Shown here: positions 26,891 through 40,430 of the stretch, piece after piece
How the letters are laid out: each line of letters starts with the position of its first letter
Numbering within the stretch: the first letter of the stretch is position 1
Assembly: GCF_001194135.2 (NCBI RefSeq)
Contig: NC_069004.1
Coordinates: 23,098,803 to 23,162,802 of the forward strand
DNA: 64,000 bases
Reading direction: 5' to 3'
Origin: Octopus bimaculoides
Taxonomy: Eukaryota
The notes under the pieces: generated by a model
Told to the model about the DNA's origin: nothing
The model's input: only the letters and a program-made list of their open reading frames with translations
Database searches by the model: none
Made by a program: the position numbers and the translations under genes

Positions 26891-27808
26891 TTGATTCATA
26901 TACGTGTGTGCATGTGTGTGTGTACTTGTATACACATAGACAAATGTCTGTTAACTCACATGAGCATACAAGAAACACAAAGACATTGGCTAGAACATTT
27001 GCACACACACATGCATGCACACACACATGCATGCACACACACATGCATGCACACACACATACAATAATAGACACATGCACACATGTATTTGGGCACACAC
27101 ACACACGCAATTACACACATTCATATCTCTTTGCAAAGCATAAAAAAGATGCTTTTACTACAATAAAGCAAAGCATAATGCAACAACAACAACAACAAAA
27201 TATAAATGTACCAACTGGGTACCCCTAGCACAGTTATTATCAACGGAGTTGGGTCGACCCTGAAAAGTCAAATCCTTTTGTTTGACATTTTAACTCAACT
27301 GACAGTTTGACAATAGAATTCATGTTGTAACTATGTATTATTACGCCACCACACACCAATAATTTTCCGAACAAGAAAAAAAAAGACAAAAAGTCTACAT
27401 AAATCTTCAGTATATACAATAAGGCATTAGATGATGATGATGATGACAGTGATGATGATGACAATGATGATGACGATGGTGATGATGACAGTGTTAGTGG
27501 TGGTTGTGACAACAATGACAATGATGATGATGGTGGTGGTGGCAGCGGTGACAGTGGTGGTGGTGGTGTTCTTTCTACAGTAAAAAATGGACAGACAGGC
27601 AGTGGGAGATGGATCAGGGCATGGAATTTTATCTTTCATCTTAACTACTTTGTGGCATTTAAAAGTTGAATCAAGCACCAAGACAGGTGTTGTATGATGC
27701 TGGATGGCAAGAGGTGGTGGGGGTGTCATTCATTATACTTTATACAGAAAAACTACAAATGCATTGTTTTTCAGTCACAAAATTCAACCTGTTGATGCTT
27801 ATACATAC

Positions 27809-27841
27809 CTTTATGGTAATGTCTCCAAAATATTGTAGAAT
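27809..27841 (-). CDS. Candidate small exon of the coiled-coil gene (ILQYFGDITIK); acceptor uncertain
   Basis: Strong donor AAG|gtatgt at 27808. Nearest acceptor cttttataag gives a 33-nt phase 0/0 exon; alternative acceptors give exon starts at 27851 and 27885. Confidence 0.4.
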
Positions 27842-28004
27842 CTTATAAAAGCTGACACTTGATTTTAAAATGCTTCTTTGCATGACTTAGTCTTTGTAGG
27901 ACAGAATGATATAATTGGGGGCAGCTGTTTGGATTCTGGTGATTTGGCACAACTAACTGGACATCCAACCTGTTTTGGTTGCGGTACTTTTTGGCACTGG
28001 AGGT

Positions 28005-28041
<37 letters not shown>

Positions 28042-28676
28042 TACTCACACAAACACATATGTGTGGACATATATGTACATATACACATATGCACACACAT
28101 GCATGCAGAAACGTACACATACAGATAGAGTGAGAGAAAGGGAGAGAGAGAAATGGAGAGAGAGAGAGAAAAAAGACAGGGAGAGAGAGAGAAAAAAAGA
28201 GAGAGAGAGAAAAAAGAGAGAGGGGAGAGAGAAAGAGAGCAAGAGGGAGATCTAATAATTCATTAATTGAACAAAGTTGACATAAACACTTTCCCTCTCT
28301 TCACAGAGAGAGGGGGAGGGGGAGAGGGAGAGACAGATAGAGGGAGAGAGAGAGAGAAAGAGAGACAGACAGACAGACAGAGGGAGAGAGAGAGAAAGAG
28401 AGTGAGAGAGAGTGAGAGAGAGAGGGAGAGAGAGGGAGAGAGAGGGAGAGAGAGAGAAAGAGAGACAGATAAACAGACAGAAGGAGAGAGAAAGAGAGAG
28501 AGAGTGAGAGAGAGGAAGAAAGTGAGGGAGAGAAGGAGAACAAGAGAAACATTGAAGCAAGAGAAGCATTAAAATGTCCAATGTCAAATAAGTCAGCACC
28601 AGATCAGTGACTGCCAGTTGGCAGCATCCAAACAACTGTATTAAAATGTTTCATACTGAGTGGAAGAAGAGTTTAC

Positions 28677-28786
28677 ATGGAAAAGAAATCTCCTGAGAAA
28701 GAATGTAGCTGCCAGTTGAAAGCCAATGGCCGTGGGTGAACCTGCCTGAAATTAGCATAGCCAAATGAACTGCTGCCATATCTATA
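28677..28786 (-). CDS. Candidate exon (YRYGSSSFGYANFRQVHPRPLAFNWQLHSFSGDFFS)
   Basis: Acceptor tctgccttttatag, donor AT|gtaaac, open frame in unique sequence. An alternative frame is also open, so this is tentative. Confidence 0.3.
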
Positions 28787-28935
28787 CTATAAAAGGCAGA
28801 TTTTTTCTCTGTGTGTGTATGTTTAAAATTCATACATTTACACAATTCCAAATTTCTTGGATTAAAGAATCGCAATTAATATTCTAAATACAATTTGTTA
28901 GGTCACTGCGTCATTTTTTCACTCCAAAAAATTCC

Positions 28936-31360
28936 TAATCCAGAGCGGGTCTCAGCAAACATCCCTTGCTGATTTTCAACTGCGCCAAACTCCAGAACTC
29001 ACAGGCATCCCAAGACTTCAGGGAATCCATGGAGAGACATCTGGTGGACCTCTCAGAGCCGACCTCCATCGAGGATCGCTGGACCAGCCTCTGTGAAGCT
29101 ATGACACTGCTGCTGAGGAGACGATTGGCCTTACCCGGAGGAAGAACCAAGACTGGTTTGACAAGAATGATGAAACCATTTCCTGTCTTATTAAAGCCAA
29201 ACTCCAGATGCACCTCGACTTCAAGAACCATGCCACTGAGAAGAACAAACTAAAACACCAGCAAGCATCAGTGGAATGCCAGCAAGGAATTTAGAGAAGC
29301 TCAGAACATCTGGTGGCAGAGGAAAGCAGAAGAGATGCAAAACTATGCGGACCAACGAGACTTGCGCCGCTTTTATTCTGCAACCAAGGAGATCTTCGGC
29401 CCCACAAGGTCATCAGTGGGTGGCCTGAAGAATGCAGCTGACTCTATGATAACCAACACCCATGGAATCTTCAATCACAGGAAGTCCCATTTCAAGACCC
29501 TACTTAACAACCACTCACGCACTCATGACGATCTCCTCCAAAACACCCCCACAGCTCCCCATCCGCCATTGGATGTCCCAGCCACCCTTGCCCTATGAAT
29601 TCAACAAGGCATTCAAGAGTATGAAGCCAGACAAAGCTCCAGGACCAGACAACATTCCATTTCAGTTTCTCACACATGGAGGTCCTGAACTGAAAAATCA
29701 TCTGATGCCCGTTATCCTCAAGTTCTGGGAAAGCAAGACCCTCCTGAACAACTTCCACAATGCAACTGTCATCACCATCTACAAGAAGGGAGACCAAGAG
29801 GATTGCAACAACTATTGATGGATCTCACTCCTGAGTATTGCAAGCAAGATCTTCGCCTATATCCTACTCAATTGCCTCCTCATCTCTGTGGAAGATGTTC
29901 TCCCTGAGTCCCAGTGTGGCTTTCGACCTTCTCGAGGCACAGTCGACATGATCTTTTGTGCCTGCCAACTTCAGGAGAAGTTTCAAGAACAACAACAGCC
30001 TGCAATGTTCATCTTCTGGGGTCTAAAGAAAACCTTTGACAAGGTCCCCTGTCCTGCAAAGTGGGCCATCCTTGCTTGGTTTGGATGTCTGGAGGACTTC
30101 ATTACTCTGGTCCACTCTCTTCACAATGGCATGATGGGTAAAGTATGCCATCAAAATGCCCTCACAGACCCATTTCCCATCACTGGTGGTCTTAAGCAAG
30201 GATGCGTCCTGGCACCAATCTGCTTCTCTTTGTACATGGCAGCCATATTCAGCAAAATCCCACTGGACTCGCCTTCCATCAACATGCGCTATCGCTTGGA
30301 TGGTGGACTCTTCAATCTTGCATGTCTCCATGCAAAGACAAGGACCTCCACCATCTCAGTCCATGAGATGCAATATACTGATGACAATGCCACCCTGAGC
30401 CGGTCTGCAGATGGCCTACAAAGGACAGCTGATCTTTACAATATGGCTTATGAACACTTTGGGATGCAGGTAAACATATTAAAGACCAAGACCTTGATCC
30501 AACCTGCACCAGGCCAGAACAGTCCACCCACAAACATTAGCATCAACAGCCAACCCCTAGAAGATGTTGAACACTTTTCATACTTTTGGAGTATTCTTTC
30601 AAAGACCCCCATGTGTGAAAAGTACATGGAGAACTGGATCAGGGTAACCCACTCCACCTTTGGTAGACTCAGCCGATGTGTATTCTTCAATTACGCACTA
30701 ACCATCTGGACAAAGATCATGGTCTTCTGTGCCATTGTCATGTCAACTCTTCTTTATGCTTGTAAGACTTGGACGCTGTACCACCATGACTTCAAGCACA
30801 TTGAATGCTTCTAGCAATCCAAGCTACGACAGATCCTCAATATTCAATGAGAAGATCACATTACCAACAACAAGGTTCTTCACCACACCTCACTACCAAG
30901 TATTGAAGCTTCACCATCATCCCTGCTGAACAGGTCACATCCAGCATATGGAGCCCTCTCATCTCCTGAGGATCATGCTCTATGGAGAACTTGCAATCAG
31001 AACAATACCCAGAGGAGGTCAAAAATTCCATTTTAAAGACCAGCCCAAATGAACCTTGGCTCAAACTAACATCCAGCCATCCTTATGGGAACAGATTGGA
31101 ATGGATAGGACAGCCTGGAGGACTGCCATCTGCAATGGAGCCAGCTCCTTCGAGCAGGACAGACAACAGAATGAGGAGGTAAAACTTAGGAGAAGAAAGG
31201 AGAATCTTGAACATCCTCGACCTGTACCAACCATCCTGTGCGAATTCTGCCCATGACTCTTTCACCACCGACTTGGACTCTAAAGTCACATTCAGCACAA
31301 ACATTTGCCGAGGAGACTGGACAGAAACTGACGAACCCAATGCTCAGATACGAGCTGGAG
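28936..31360 (+). mobile_element. 5'-truncated RTE-clade LINE, decayed ORF with RT domain
   Basis: 'KPDKAPGPDNIP', 'TIYKKGD..DCNNY', 'LPESQCGFRPSRGTVDMIF', 'GLKQGCVLAP', 'QYTDD' and 'LYACKTWT'; several stops and frameshifts. Confidence 0.95.
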
Positions 31361-32624
31361 CTGATTATATATATATGAGGCAAGTGAAATCGAAATTGAA
31401 TTAAATTTGTAGACTGGCACCCATGCCAACGTCTCTTCATCGAACACTAAACTCGGCTTGCGAAGACCTGTTGGGGCAAGCGAAAGCGAAATCGTAATGA
31501 CACCTGTACCAGTAGATCACTAAGAGCACCGTCCAAGCGTGATCGTTGCCAGAGCACCAGCTGTCTGGCTTCCGTTCCGGTGGCACATAAATAGCACCAT
31601 TTGAGCGTGATCATCACCAACGTCGCCTTCCTGGCACCTGTGCCAGTGGCACATGAAAAGACATTCGAACGAGTTCATTGCCAGTACCGCAGGACTGGCT
31701 CCTGTGCAGGTGGCACGTAAAATATACCATTTCGAGCGTGGCCGTTGCCAGTACCTCCTGCCTGGCCTCCGTGCCAGTGGCACGTAAAAAGCACCCACTA
31801 CACTCTTGGAGTGGTTGGTGTTAGGAAGGGCATCCAGCTGTAGAAACTCTGCCAAATCAGATTGGAGCCTGGTGTAGCCATCTGGTTTCACCAGTCCTCA
31901 GTCAAATCGTCCAACCCATGCTAGCATGGAAAGTGGATGTTAAACGACGACGATGATGATGATGATAATGATGAATGTTGCTGTTGCTGCTGCTGCTGNN
32001 NNNNNNNNNNNNNNNNNNNNNNNNNNNNNNNNNNNNNNNNNNNNNNNNNNNNNNNNNNNNNNNNNNNNNNNNNNNNNNNNNNNNNNNNNNNNNNNNNNNN
32101 NNNNNNNNNNNNNNNNNNNNNNNNNNNNNNNNNNNNNNNNNNNNNNNNNNNNNNNNNNNNNNNNNNNNNNNNNNNNNNNNNNNNNNNNNNNNNNNNNNNN
32201 NNNNNNNNNNNNNNNNNNNNNNNNNNNNNNNNNNNNNNNNNNNNNNNNNNNGTGGTGGTGGTGGTGGTGGTGGCGGCGGCAGTGGCAGCAGCAGAGACAG
32301 TAGTAGTGGCAGTGGCTGCAGTGGTGGTGACAGAGATGGAAGTGGTTTTGGTGCTCTCGTTGTTGATATTGATGGTGGTAGCATTATGATGATGATGATA
32401 ATGATGAATGTTGCTGTTGCTGTTGCTGCTGCTGCTGCTGATAGCAATGGTAGTGGTGGTGGTAATGAATAGCCAAAATGTAATGAAAGACTATTTGACC
32501 TGCATGCATGGGAGCAATTCGACATGGAATGTATGAGAATTGTCTGTGTGCAATGCAATAAATAATAACTTGAAAGTTTAATTCAAAAGCTCATTTCATA
32601 ATAAAGACAACAACAACAACAACG

Positions 32625-32660
<36 letters not shown>

Positions 32661-33399
32661 GCAAGAACAATGACAAAGGCCACAGTGCTTACACATACTC
32701 AAAATATAAAATACAAGGTCACTGACCTCATTTGAAGACTCCTTCATAATATTTACAATGGTATTAATGAGGGGGCTGTAAAATAGATGGTAAAATAAAA
32801 AACATAAATAATAATAATAATGATGAGAACTCTTGTTATATGTGCAGCCATGGGTGTGTGGTTAAGAAGTTTGTTTTGCACTCACATGATTCTGTGTTCA
32901 ATCCCACTGCACTATTTTTTATCTTTTACTTGTTTTAGTCATGAGACTGCAGTCATGCTGCAGAACCACCTTGGAGAATGTTAGTTGAACCTATTGACTC
33001 CAGTACTTATTACTTTTTGTAAAACCTGGCACTTATGGTATCACTCTCTTTTGCTGAACTGCTAAGTTATGGGGAAGTAAACACATTAACTCCAATAGTC
33101 AAGCAGAGGCGGGGGACAAACACATACACAAAGACACGCACGCATGCACGTACGCACACACACACACACACACACACACACCAGGCTTCTTTCAGATTCC
33201 ATCTAACAAATCCACTTACAAGACTTTGGTCAGCCCAAGGCTATAGTAGAAGATACTTGCCCAAGATGCTACATGGGGGAACTGAACCTGGAACTATGCA
33301 GTTGGAAAGCAAACTTCTTACCACACAGCCATACCTGTACTAATGATGATGATGACGATGATGATGATGTCAAGGACTCTTCTTCTAGTTCTTCTACAT

Positions 33400-33960
33400 T
33401 GCAGATAAATTTTGGGTTCCAAGCTGAAGCATTGTGCCATCATTGACAAAAGAAAAGTGCAGGCTGTTCACAGAAGATTGTACAAGTTGTTTATAAAAGA
33501 TGATGGCATTGACAAGTACAATGTGCACAAAGTGATGAAAATGTTTAAAAAAGGGGGAAACTAGTACTGAAGGTAAACTACTCGGTGGGAAATCATCAAC
33601 TTTGAATGAATCATCACAAATCACCAAGAAGTGAAAAAAGGTGATTCGTGCATACAGATGATATACAATATGTGAACTTGGTGCACAACTGGATTGTGGT
33701 CACAATGCATTAGAGAAAATGGTGGAAGACATTGGGTGTTGAAAAGTGTGCAAAATGGATACCTCAGCAGTTGATATCCAGTTTGAAAGAGAGATGTGCG
33801 GTAGTTTGCATTGATCTGCTTTTTTCCAACCCGGTGGTGGAAGATGAAATGTGTGTGCACCTTTATGAAAATTAAATGAAGTTTCCATGGAATGGCATCC
33901 CTTCTTTTTCCTAAGGTCTAAGAAATTCTAGAACCAGAGTTTGGTACAAAAAGTCCTGAT
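33400..33960 (+). mobile_element. Degenerate mariner transposase N-terminal fragment
   Basis: 'VHRRLYK...DDGIDK.NVHK..KMFKKGETSTE' and 'KVCAKWIPQQL'. Confidence 0.7.
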
Positions 33961-34594
33961 GAGTGTTTTAGGGGCAAATCATTTTCTTTTGCTACAGCTT
34001 CAGATCATCCAAAGTCTTGTGAGTGAAATTCAGTGGACAGAAATTGCTTCAATCAGGACCAACCTGACGCTTAACCACTATCACCACCAAGGTGCAACAT
34101 ACTGGGACTGACCTTAAAGCCATGTGGTTGCAAAGGGAGCTTCTTAACAACACGATCATGTCTGCATGGATATATTTAAAAAGAAAGGAAAACCATTGTT
34201 GTTACTGCTTTATGATATAGAACAATCAAGCATTCACTTAAAGAAGAAAAACAAATTCTAGAAAACTCATTAATTACAAATTGATAAGCGAAGGTTTTTT
34301 TTTTTTTTTTTAATGGTTTTAGGAAAGGGAAGAAGGTTTAAGAAACTTTACAAATACCGATCATCTTGATTCTTTGGTTTCATTCTGTTGTGTTCCAATG
34401 GATTACAAACAGGGATTGTTTTATTTGATAGTTCTATTTGACTAGAAGCTTTGTACAAAGGAGGCTCACACATATATTTCTGGTACATCCTCATACTCTA
34501 AAACAGGGAAATAAAAAAAGAATTTTTTAAAATATACAGTGTGGCTTGAAAGGCAAAAAGTGGTCTGAAATTTTAATAAGTTTGTTTTACTTAC

Positions 34595-34651
34595 ATTCTT
34601 TAACTTAATCTGCAAGATATGACTTTTTTCAACCCTGTCGACATGAATTTC
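34595..34651 (-). CDS. Candidate exon (EIHVDRVEKSHILQIKLKN, or only the 15-nt IKLKN, 34609-34595)
   Basis: Strong donor AAT|gtaagt at 34594; two in-frame phase-0 acceptors (tatgtag, atcttgcag). Confidence 0.35.
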
Positions 34652-34658
34652 CTACATA

Positions 34659-34863
34659 CTTTATTTGTGGCTTAATGAGGCTACTGTTGGTTTCATACTG
34701 AGAGAAATCTCTGCAATTATCAAACCTGTCACATGGGACATTGGTATTCATCATCTTCTCCAAGATGGAGATGAGTACTAATGTCCTATATGGCAGGCTT
34801 TATAATTGCTGAGACTTCACTAGGCATGAAACCAATGATAGCCTTGTTAAACCACAAATAAAG
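34659..34863. repeat. 205-bp imperfect palindrome (fold-back)
   Basis: Left and right arms align without gaps over about 95 bp at roughly 75-80% identity (by eye), with a very short loop. Confidence 0.9.
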
Positions 34864-35149
34864 AAAATTTATTCACCAATGCAGTGTTGAGCACTCATTC
34901 TCATCATTCGATATTAGTATATATTTCCTACATATATATATATACACACATATATACGCATATGCATGCATACGCACGCATACACACACACACTGTATAT
35001 GGTGCTAAGGTATTGTAAATTTAAAACAGAGCATAAATGAATCATTAACACCTTTGTGACTTTTGGGCCAACCTGTATATAAAAGAGAGAAAAACTATCA
35101 TTCATAACTTCTAATGGTGTGTTAAGTTACAATGAACGATTGTGTTTGA

Positions 35150-35480
35150 TGTAGTTTAGTTCCCGCTCAGCCGTGACTGAGAAGACAAATGAGGACAAGT
35201 TTTTGTTTCTCTGCTTCCTTTCCATCAGCCATACCACTATCCTCATCGCTTGAGCCCCACCCCTACCCCACTTCTAACCCTGTCATGTAACATATGTGTA
35301 GATGGCTACATTGGATCACATGTTCCCAGCTCACCCTACCTTCACCCCCCCCCCCCCGTCATCATTCCATATCACTCAGTCTGCCAGTATGTTCTTTTCC
35401 TTTTCTGCTGAACCTCCTGGCTCTCTGCCCCCTGACCCACATAGGCTCCTGTCATCTCCCTGCCAACTCAGTTATATTGA
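35150..35480 (+). mobile_element. Highly degenerate Penelope-like (Neptune-type) RT fragment
   Basis: 'YVDGYIG' (cf. YIDD.IG) and 'SLPPDPHRL' region; weak by-eye match. Confidence 0.35.
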
Positions 35481-35485
35481 ATTAA

Positions 35486-35713
35486 CCCTTTAGCATTCAG
35501 ATTACTCTGCCAAATGTAATTCTTATTAATTCATATTGTTTCAAATTAATCATGTATTATCTTGTAGCTTCAAGATTTTGATGATGTGATTGCTTATTTT
35601 TAGATTTTTAGAGCATCACTGTAAGGTAGTCGTGAGAGGCCTGATCTGGCTAGTTTTAACATAAAACAAGTAGAATATTTGGGCCTGATCTGACCAGTTT
35701 AAATGCTGAAGGG
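35486..35713. mobile_element. piggyBac-type MITE
   Basis: ttaa|ccctttagcatt ... aatgctgaaggg; related to 40710-40914 and 57843-58051. Confidence 0.65.
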
Positions 35714-37187
35714 CTGAATACACCTACCTATCTTAGACTACCAAGCAGTCTTATCACTCTTCTCCCAATTCCATATCCCTCTCATCATCATCATTGATGC
35801 CGCTAACACTCATGCTTCTCATTCTGGAAGGAGACTGGTGAATGAGCAGAGGTTGTGAGGTCCTTTAAGTTGTGTTGAGGTCCTTTAAATTACCTGTCTA
35901 GTGTGGATGCCAAAGAAAAAAAGAAATGCTTCCAGTACATTCTATAAATGGGTTGGTGTTAAGAAGGTCATCCAGCCATAGAAGCTAAGCCAGAAATTAA
36001 ACATGTGCAGAATGAAGCCCCTCACCAACCTAGGTGGGTGGTACCCCTTGATTGTATGCTGACTCTGACTGTAGCAAATCCATCAATCTATGCAAAATGC
36101 AGTTGCAAAATGATGACAGTGATGATGATGATGGTGATGATGATGACTATATTTTATTCACTGTTATATGTGTGTGTGTGCATTAAAAAGAACAACTGAC
36201 CACTCTGTCAGTTATGATGTTGAGGATTCCAGTTGATCCAATCAACAGAACAGCCAGCTCATGAAATTAATGTGAAAGTGCTTGGGCACTCCACAACCAA
36301 ACATGCCCTTAATGCAGTTCTGAATGTGACTCAACATGACACAAAATGTCACAAGGCTGGCCCTTTGAATTACAGGTGCAACTCATTCTTTCCAGCTGAG
36401 TGGACAAGAGTAATGAGGCATGAAATAAAATGTCTTGCTCAAGGACACAACATGCTGCCGGAGAGTGAGGAATATTCTTTCTAATTTTGACATAAGGCCA
36501 GATATTTTAAGGGGAGAGGCAAAAGTCAATTACATCAACCCTAGTACTTGACTGGTACTGATTTTATCAGCCCCAAAAGGATGAGAGACAAAGTTGGCCT
36601 TGGCAGCATTTGAATTAAGGAAGTAAAGAGCATTTTCTCTACTGTGGTAATGATTCTGCTAGCTCACCTCTTTATTAAAGAGAGAAATATACTTTAAATA
36701 TTGATGATATTAAACTCAAAATGCATCCAAATATTGGATTCATTATAGTACCATAAGAAAGAATCACAAATAGCCAATTTGCTCAGGTACCAGACTATAT
36801 AGACATGGAATTGTATTATATTACAGACACATTCAACTAATGCTAGCATGGAGAAAAGATGATAACAGGCAATAAACCCCCAAAACAGATAATTAAAAAT
36901 AGTGACAATGATAATGATTATGACAGTGATTACAATGACAACACTGATGATGATGATAACATTTGTGATCATAATGTGACAAGGATGTTAATAACAATGA
37001 CGATGATGATGACAATAATGATGATGATAACACTGGTGAACACAACAATGATGATCATGGTGATGATGATGATAATGACAACAACATTAACAATACTGAT
37101 GATAACACTGGTGATGACGACGGCAGCGACAATGATGACAATGATGACAATGATGACAGTGCAAAGAACAATGATGCTGACAGCTAC

Positions 37188-37299
37188 CTGACTTGGATAT
37201 TGTTCAGAAAGGAAGTCCTGAGAATAATTGTCATTTTCAGAGTTTTGTAATAGGGAATTCTGACTGCTAAACCCCGATTCTCCTTTCTCATCTGAATAA
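37188..37299 (-). CDS. SQ-rich exon of the coiled-coil gene (YSDEKGESGFSSQNSLLQNSENDNYSQDFLSEQYPSQ)
   Basis: Strong acceptor cttttcatttcttttgcag, donor CAG|gtagct, 112 nt open (phase 2 in, 0 out), three SQ motifs, phase-compatible with the 43543 donor. Confidence 0.7.
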
Positions 37300-37994
37300 C
37301 TGCAAAAGAAATGAAAAGTTTTAATATTTTGGAATATTCTATAAAAATGGTTCTTATATTTTACTTGCTTCAGTCATTGGGCTGTGGCCATGCTAGACAC
37401 AGCCCAAACTGACCGCATAGGGGATAAGAGCAGCCCTTTTCACCATCCATTGAGGGATGCAAATGACTGAATTTATTTTCAATAAAATTAAGACAATTTT
37501 AAACTTTTTCAACTTATAAATCACCATCGTGAAGAAAGAAGAATTATGTAACTCTATTCTATCAATCTATCAGTAAATAAAAAAGGGTGGGGAGGACAAA
37601 AGTTTCATGAATATCTGGGGGCTGAGGGAGAGCTGGTACTTATTAAGTTAAGAGACACTACTGTTGATGCTTCCCAATCTTGTGACAATCTTGCAAAGAA
37701 GCACAGTCAACCCAATTTTATTAACAATATTTGAATCAGCATGAGACTGTGGCTAGAGACATTTTGGCACCTATTTGGCATCGATGATTTGACAGACATT
37801 TTAATATTTCTCTTGTTCTCTCCCTCCCTTCTCACCTCTCTCTCTCAGTATATGTGTGAGCATATTTCAGTTTCTGTGTATGAGGAGCAGGGAAAGTGTT
37901 TATGTCAATCATGTGCACTTGATAAATTATAATGTCTCTCACCCTCTTGTTCTCTCTCCTACCCCCTCTCTATCTGTACATGTATATTTCTACA

Positions 37995-38365
37995 TGCATG
38001 CTGGTGCCATGTAAAAAACACCTGTGCTGGTTCCCCTAAAAAGCTTCCATGCTGGATCCATGTAAAGAGTATTTGTGCTGGTGCTGCATAAAAAGCATCT
38101 GTGTTGGGACCACATATAAAGCACTTATATTGGCACCATGTTAAAGCACACATGCTGGTGCCATGTAAAAGCACCTGTAAAAACCATCCATGTTGGTGCC
38201 ACATAAAAGTACCCATACTGGTGCCATGTAAAAACACCTGTGCTGGTGCCACATAAAAAAAACACCCATGTTGATGCCATGTAAAGAACACTTGTGGTGG
38301 CACCACATAAAAAGCACCTGTAGTGGCATCATGTAAAAAGTGCTCTTGTGGTGGTGTCACATTAA
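37995..38365. repeat. Degenerate approx. 21-23-bp minisatellite (tgctggtgccatgtaaaaagcacc-like)
   Basis: Repeated gtgcca(t/c)(g/a)taaaa motif, about 15 copies, adjoining a SINE-like copy. Confidence 0.75.
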
Positions 38366-38553
38366 AAGCACCTACTATACTCTGTAAAATGGTCGGCATT
38401 AGGAAGCGCATCCAGCTGTAGAAACCAAGCCAAAGCAGACAATTGGAGCCTGGTGCAGTTCTCTGGCTTGCTAGCTCCTAACATCCAGCCTATGCTAACA
38501 TGGAAGACAGACGTTAAATAATAGTGGTGATGATTTATATATATATAATAAAA

Positions 38554-38599
<46 letters not shown>

Positions 38600-38606
<7 letters not shown>

Positions 38607-39010
38607 CTTGTGTTGGCTCTTGTGCGGGTGACACATGAAATTTTTCGAGCAAGATCGTTGCCAGTGCCCCTGGACTGGCTCTTGTGCGGGGCCACCGTAG
38701 GATTTTCGAGCGAGATCGTTGCCAGTGCCCCTGGACTGGCTCTTGTGCGGGTGGCACATAAATTGCACCATTTTGAGCGTGGCCATTGCCAGTATCGCCT
38801 GACTGGCCTTCGTGCGGGTGACACGTAAAAGCACCCACTACACTCTCTGAGTGGTTGGCGTTAGGAAGGGCATCCAGCTGTAGAAACTCTGCCAAATCAG
38901 ATTGGAGCCTGGTGTAGCCATCTGGTTTCACCAGTCCTCAGTCAAATCGTCCAACCCATGCTAGCATGGAAAGCGGACGTTAAACGATGATGATGATGAT
39001 GATGATGATG
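38600..39010 (+). mobile_element. RTE-mobilised SINE-like element with internal approx. 40-50-bp repeats and (GAT)n tail; copies at about 24490-24960, 31390-31975, 52410-52625
   Basis: Near-identical ggttggcgttaggaagggcatccagctgtagaaactctgccaaatcag...ggacgttaaacgatgatg blocks in several copies. Confidence 0.8.
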
Positions 39011-40019
39011 AATAAACTCAATAACAATAATAATAAACAGGTGCACCGAATAACACACATGCATTTTTATATGCACTCATAAACACACATTTACTTGTGT
39101 ATGCATATAAATAACTCTTGGAAAAATGTTATCTCTGGAACTTACTTGGAAAATAAATCTTTTGACTTAATATGATTTAGAAGCATTGTGTTTATTTAAG
39201 TATAAAGGCAAGTTTCCTGAATGTCTTCCAGATACGCTGAAAAAAGAAAAAAAATTATTTTATAATGTTAAAAAGAAACAATAAACATATCTCTGAACAA
39301 ATGCATTGGCCTAATGAGCTATATAAAGGTGCATTTACATAGTCCATCTGTTAGAAATAGCAGTCAAATGTCCCTCAAATTATTTCTTAACATCATAAAA
39401 ATAAGAAAACGTTGGAGAATATACATACAAAAAGACAGGATGGCCATGGGCGGAATGTCTTTGATCATAAGTCTACTCATTCAGGACTGACTTAGAAGTT
39501 AAACAATAATGACCACAGCCTATTGTTTCTGGTAGCATTCCTAAATATATGTTGTTGTTGTTGTTTAGCCAAAGGTCAGCTAGTCAAAAGCATTCTTAGT
39601 GTGACCAGCTCATAAAGTATATATATAAAGTGAATGAAGTAATCGTTGTATTCCAATTTTCTTCACTTTTCAACGAATAGTAGATGATACAGACACAACA
39701 CAGGCTTTTGGGATAAAGTTTTCAGGAATAACCCAATAGGTTTATCATTAATTCCATAAAATATTCATATTTTACTTTTGTACAGAGAACATAGGCCCCA
39801 TTCTCCATTATGACCTGTTCTAAGATGGCAAGGTGAGATTTGAAGGAGATTTGACTGATGTTTCTAGCAGGTCAAGAGAGCACATAGGGGCTCCCTCATT
39901 GGCTCATAGGCATATCTAGCATTGATCACTACTGATAATTAAATGAACAACAGAAATCAACTGCTAAATTAGTCCTGTAACTTCTGTGTTTGCATCCCTT
40001 TAATGGTGTGTCTGGAAGA

Positions 40020-40430
40020 AGTCCAACATCTCCCTAAAGACCAAGATCCATCTTTTCCACATACTGGTTCTGCCTGTCACCCTCTACAGTGTTGAGACCC
40101 GGATCATCCTCAAATGAGGACCTGAACAAGCTCAAGGTGTTCCAAATGTAGTGCCTTTGTCAGATCCTTTGTGTCTCTTTACATGACTGAATCTCAAACA
40201 ACAACATCCAAGATCAATGCCAGCAGCAGTTGACCATTGAAGACCAAGTCTGGCAGTATAGGCTACAGTGGTTTGGACACAACTGCAGAATGAACACCAG
40301 AAGATTACCACACCAACTTTTGTGACAGCAACGTCCCATGCACTGGAAAATCCAGTACAGCACACCAAGGAAGACATGGACAAAACAAATTTAGGAAGAC
40401 CTGAATTTGCGGCACCTTGACCTCAAGAAT
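40020..40430 (+). mobile_element. RTE-clade LINE 3' fragment
   Basis: 'LVLPVTLYSVET', 'KLKVFQM.CL.QIL' and 'RLQWFGHNCRM'. Confidence 0.8.

Noticed and set aside
27205-27265. Possible 48-nt minus-strand exon (GRPNSVDNNCARGTQL)
   Set aside because: Good acceptor but a weak donor (gtacat), and the sequence resembles a MITE end; no further support.
31902-32558. Poly-Pro/Gly/Ala/Ser low-complexity protein
   Set aside because: Compound trinucleotide microsatellite around a gap; no splice sites or unique coding sequence.
36859-37191. Met/Thr-rich ORF
   Set aside because: Degenerate (GAT/GAC/AAT)n repeat in an intron.
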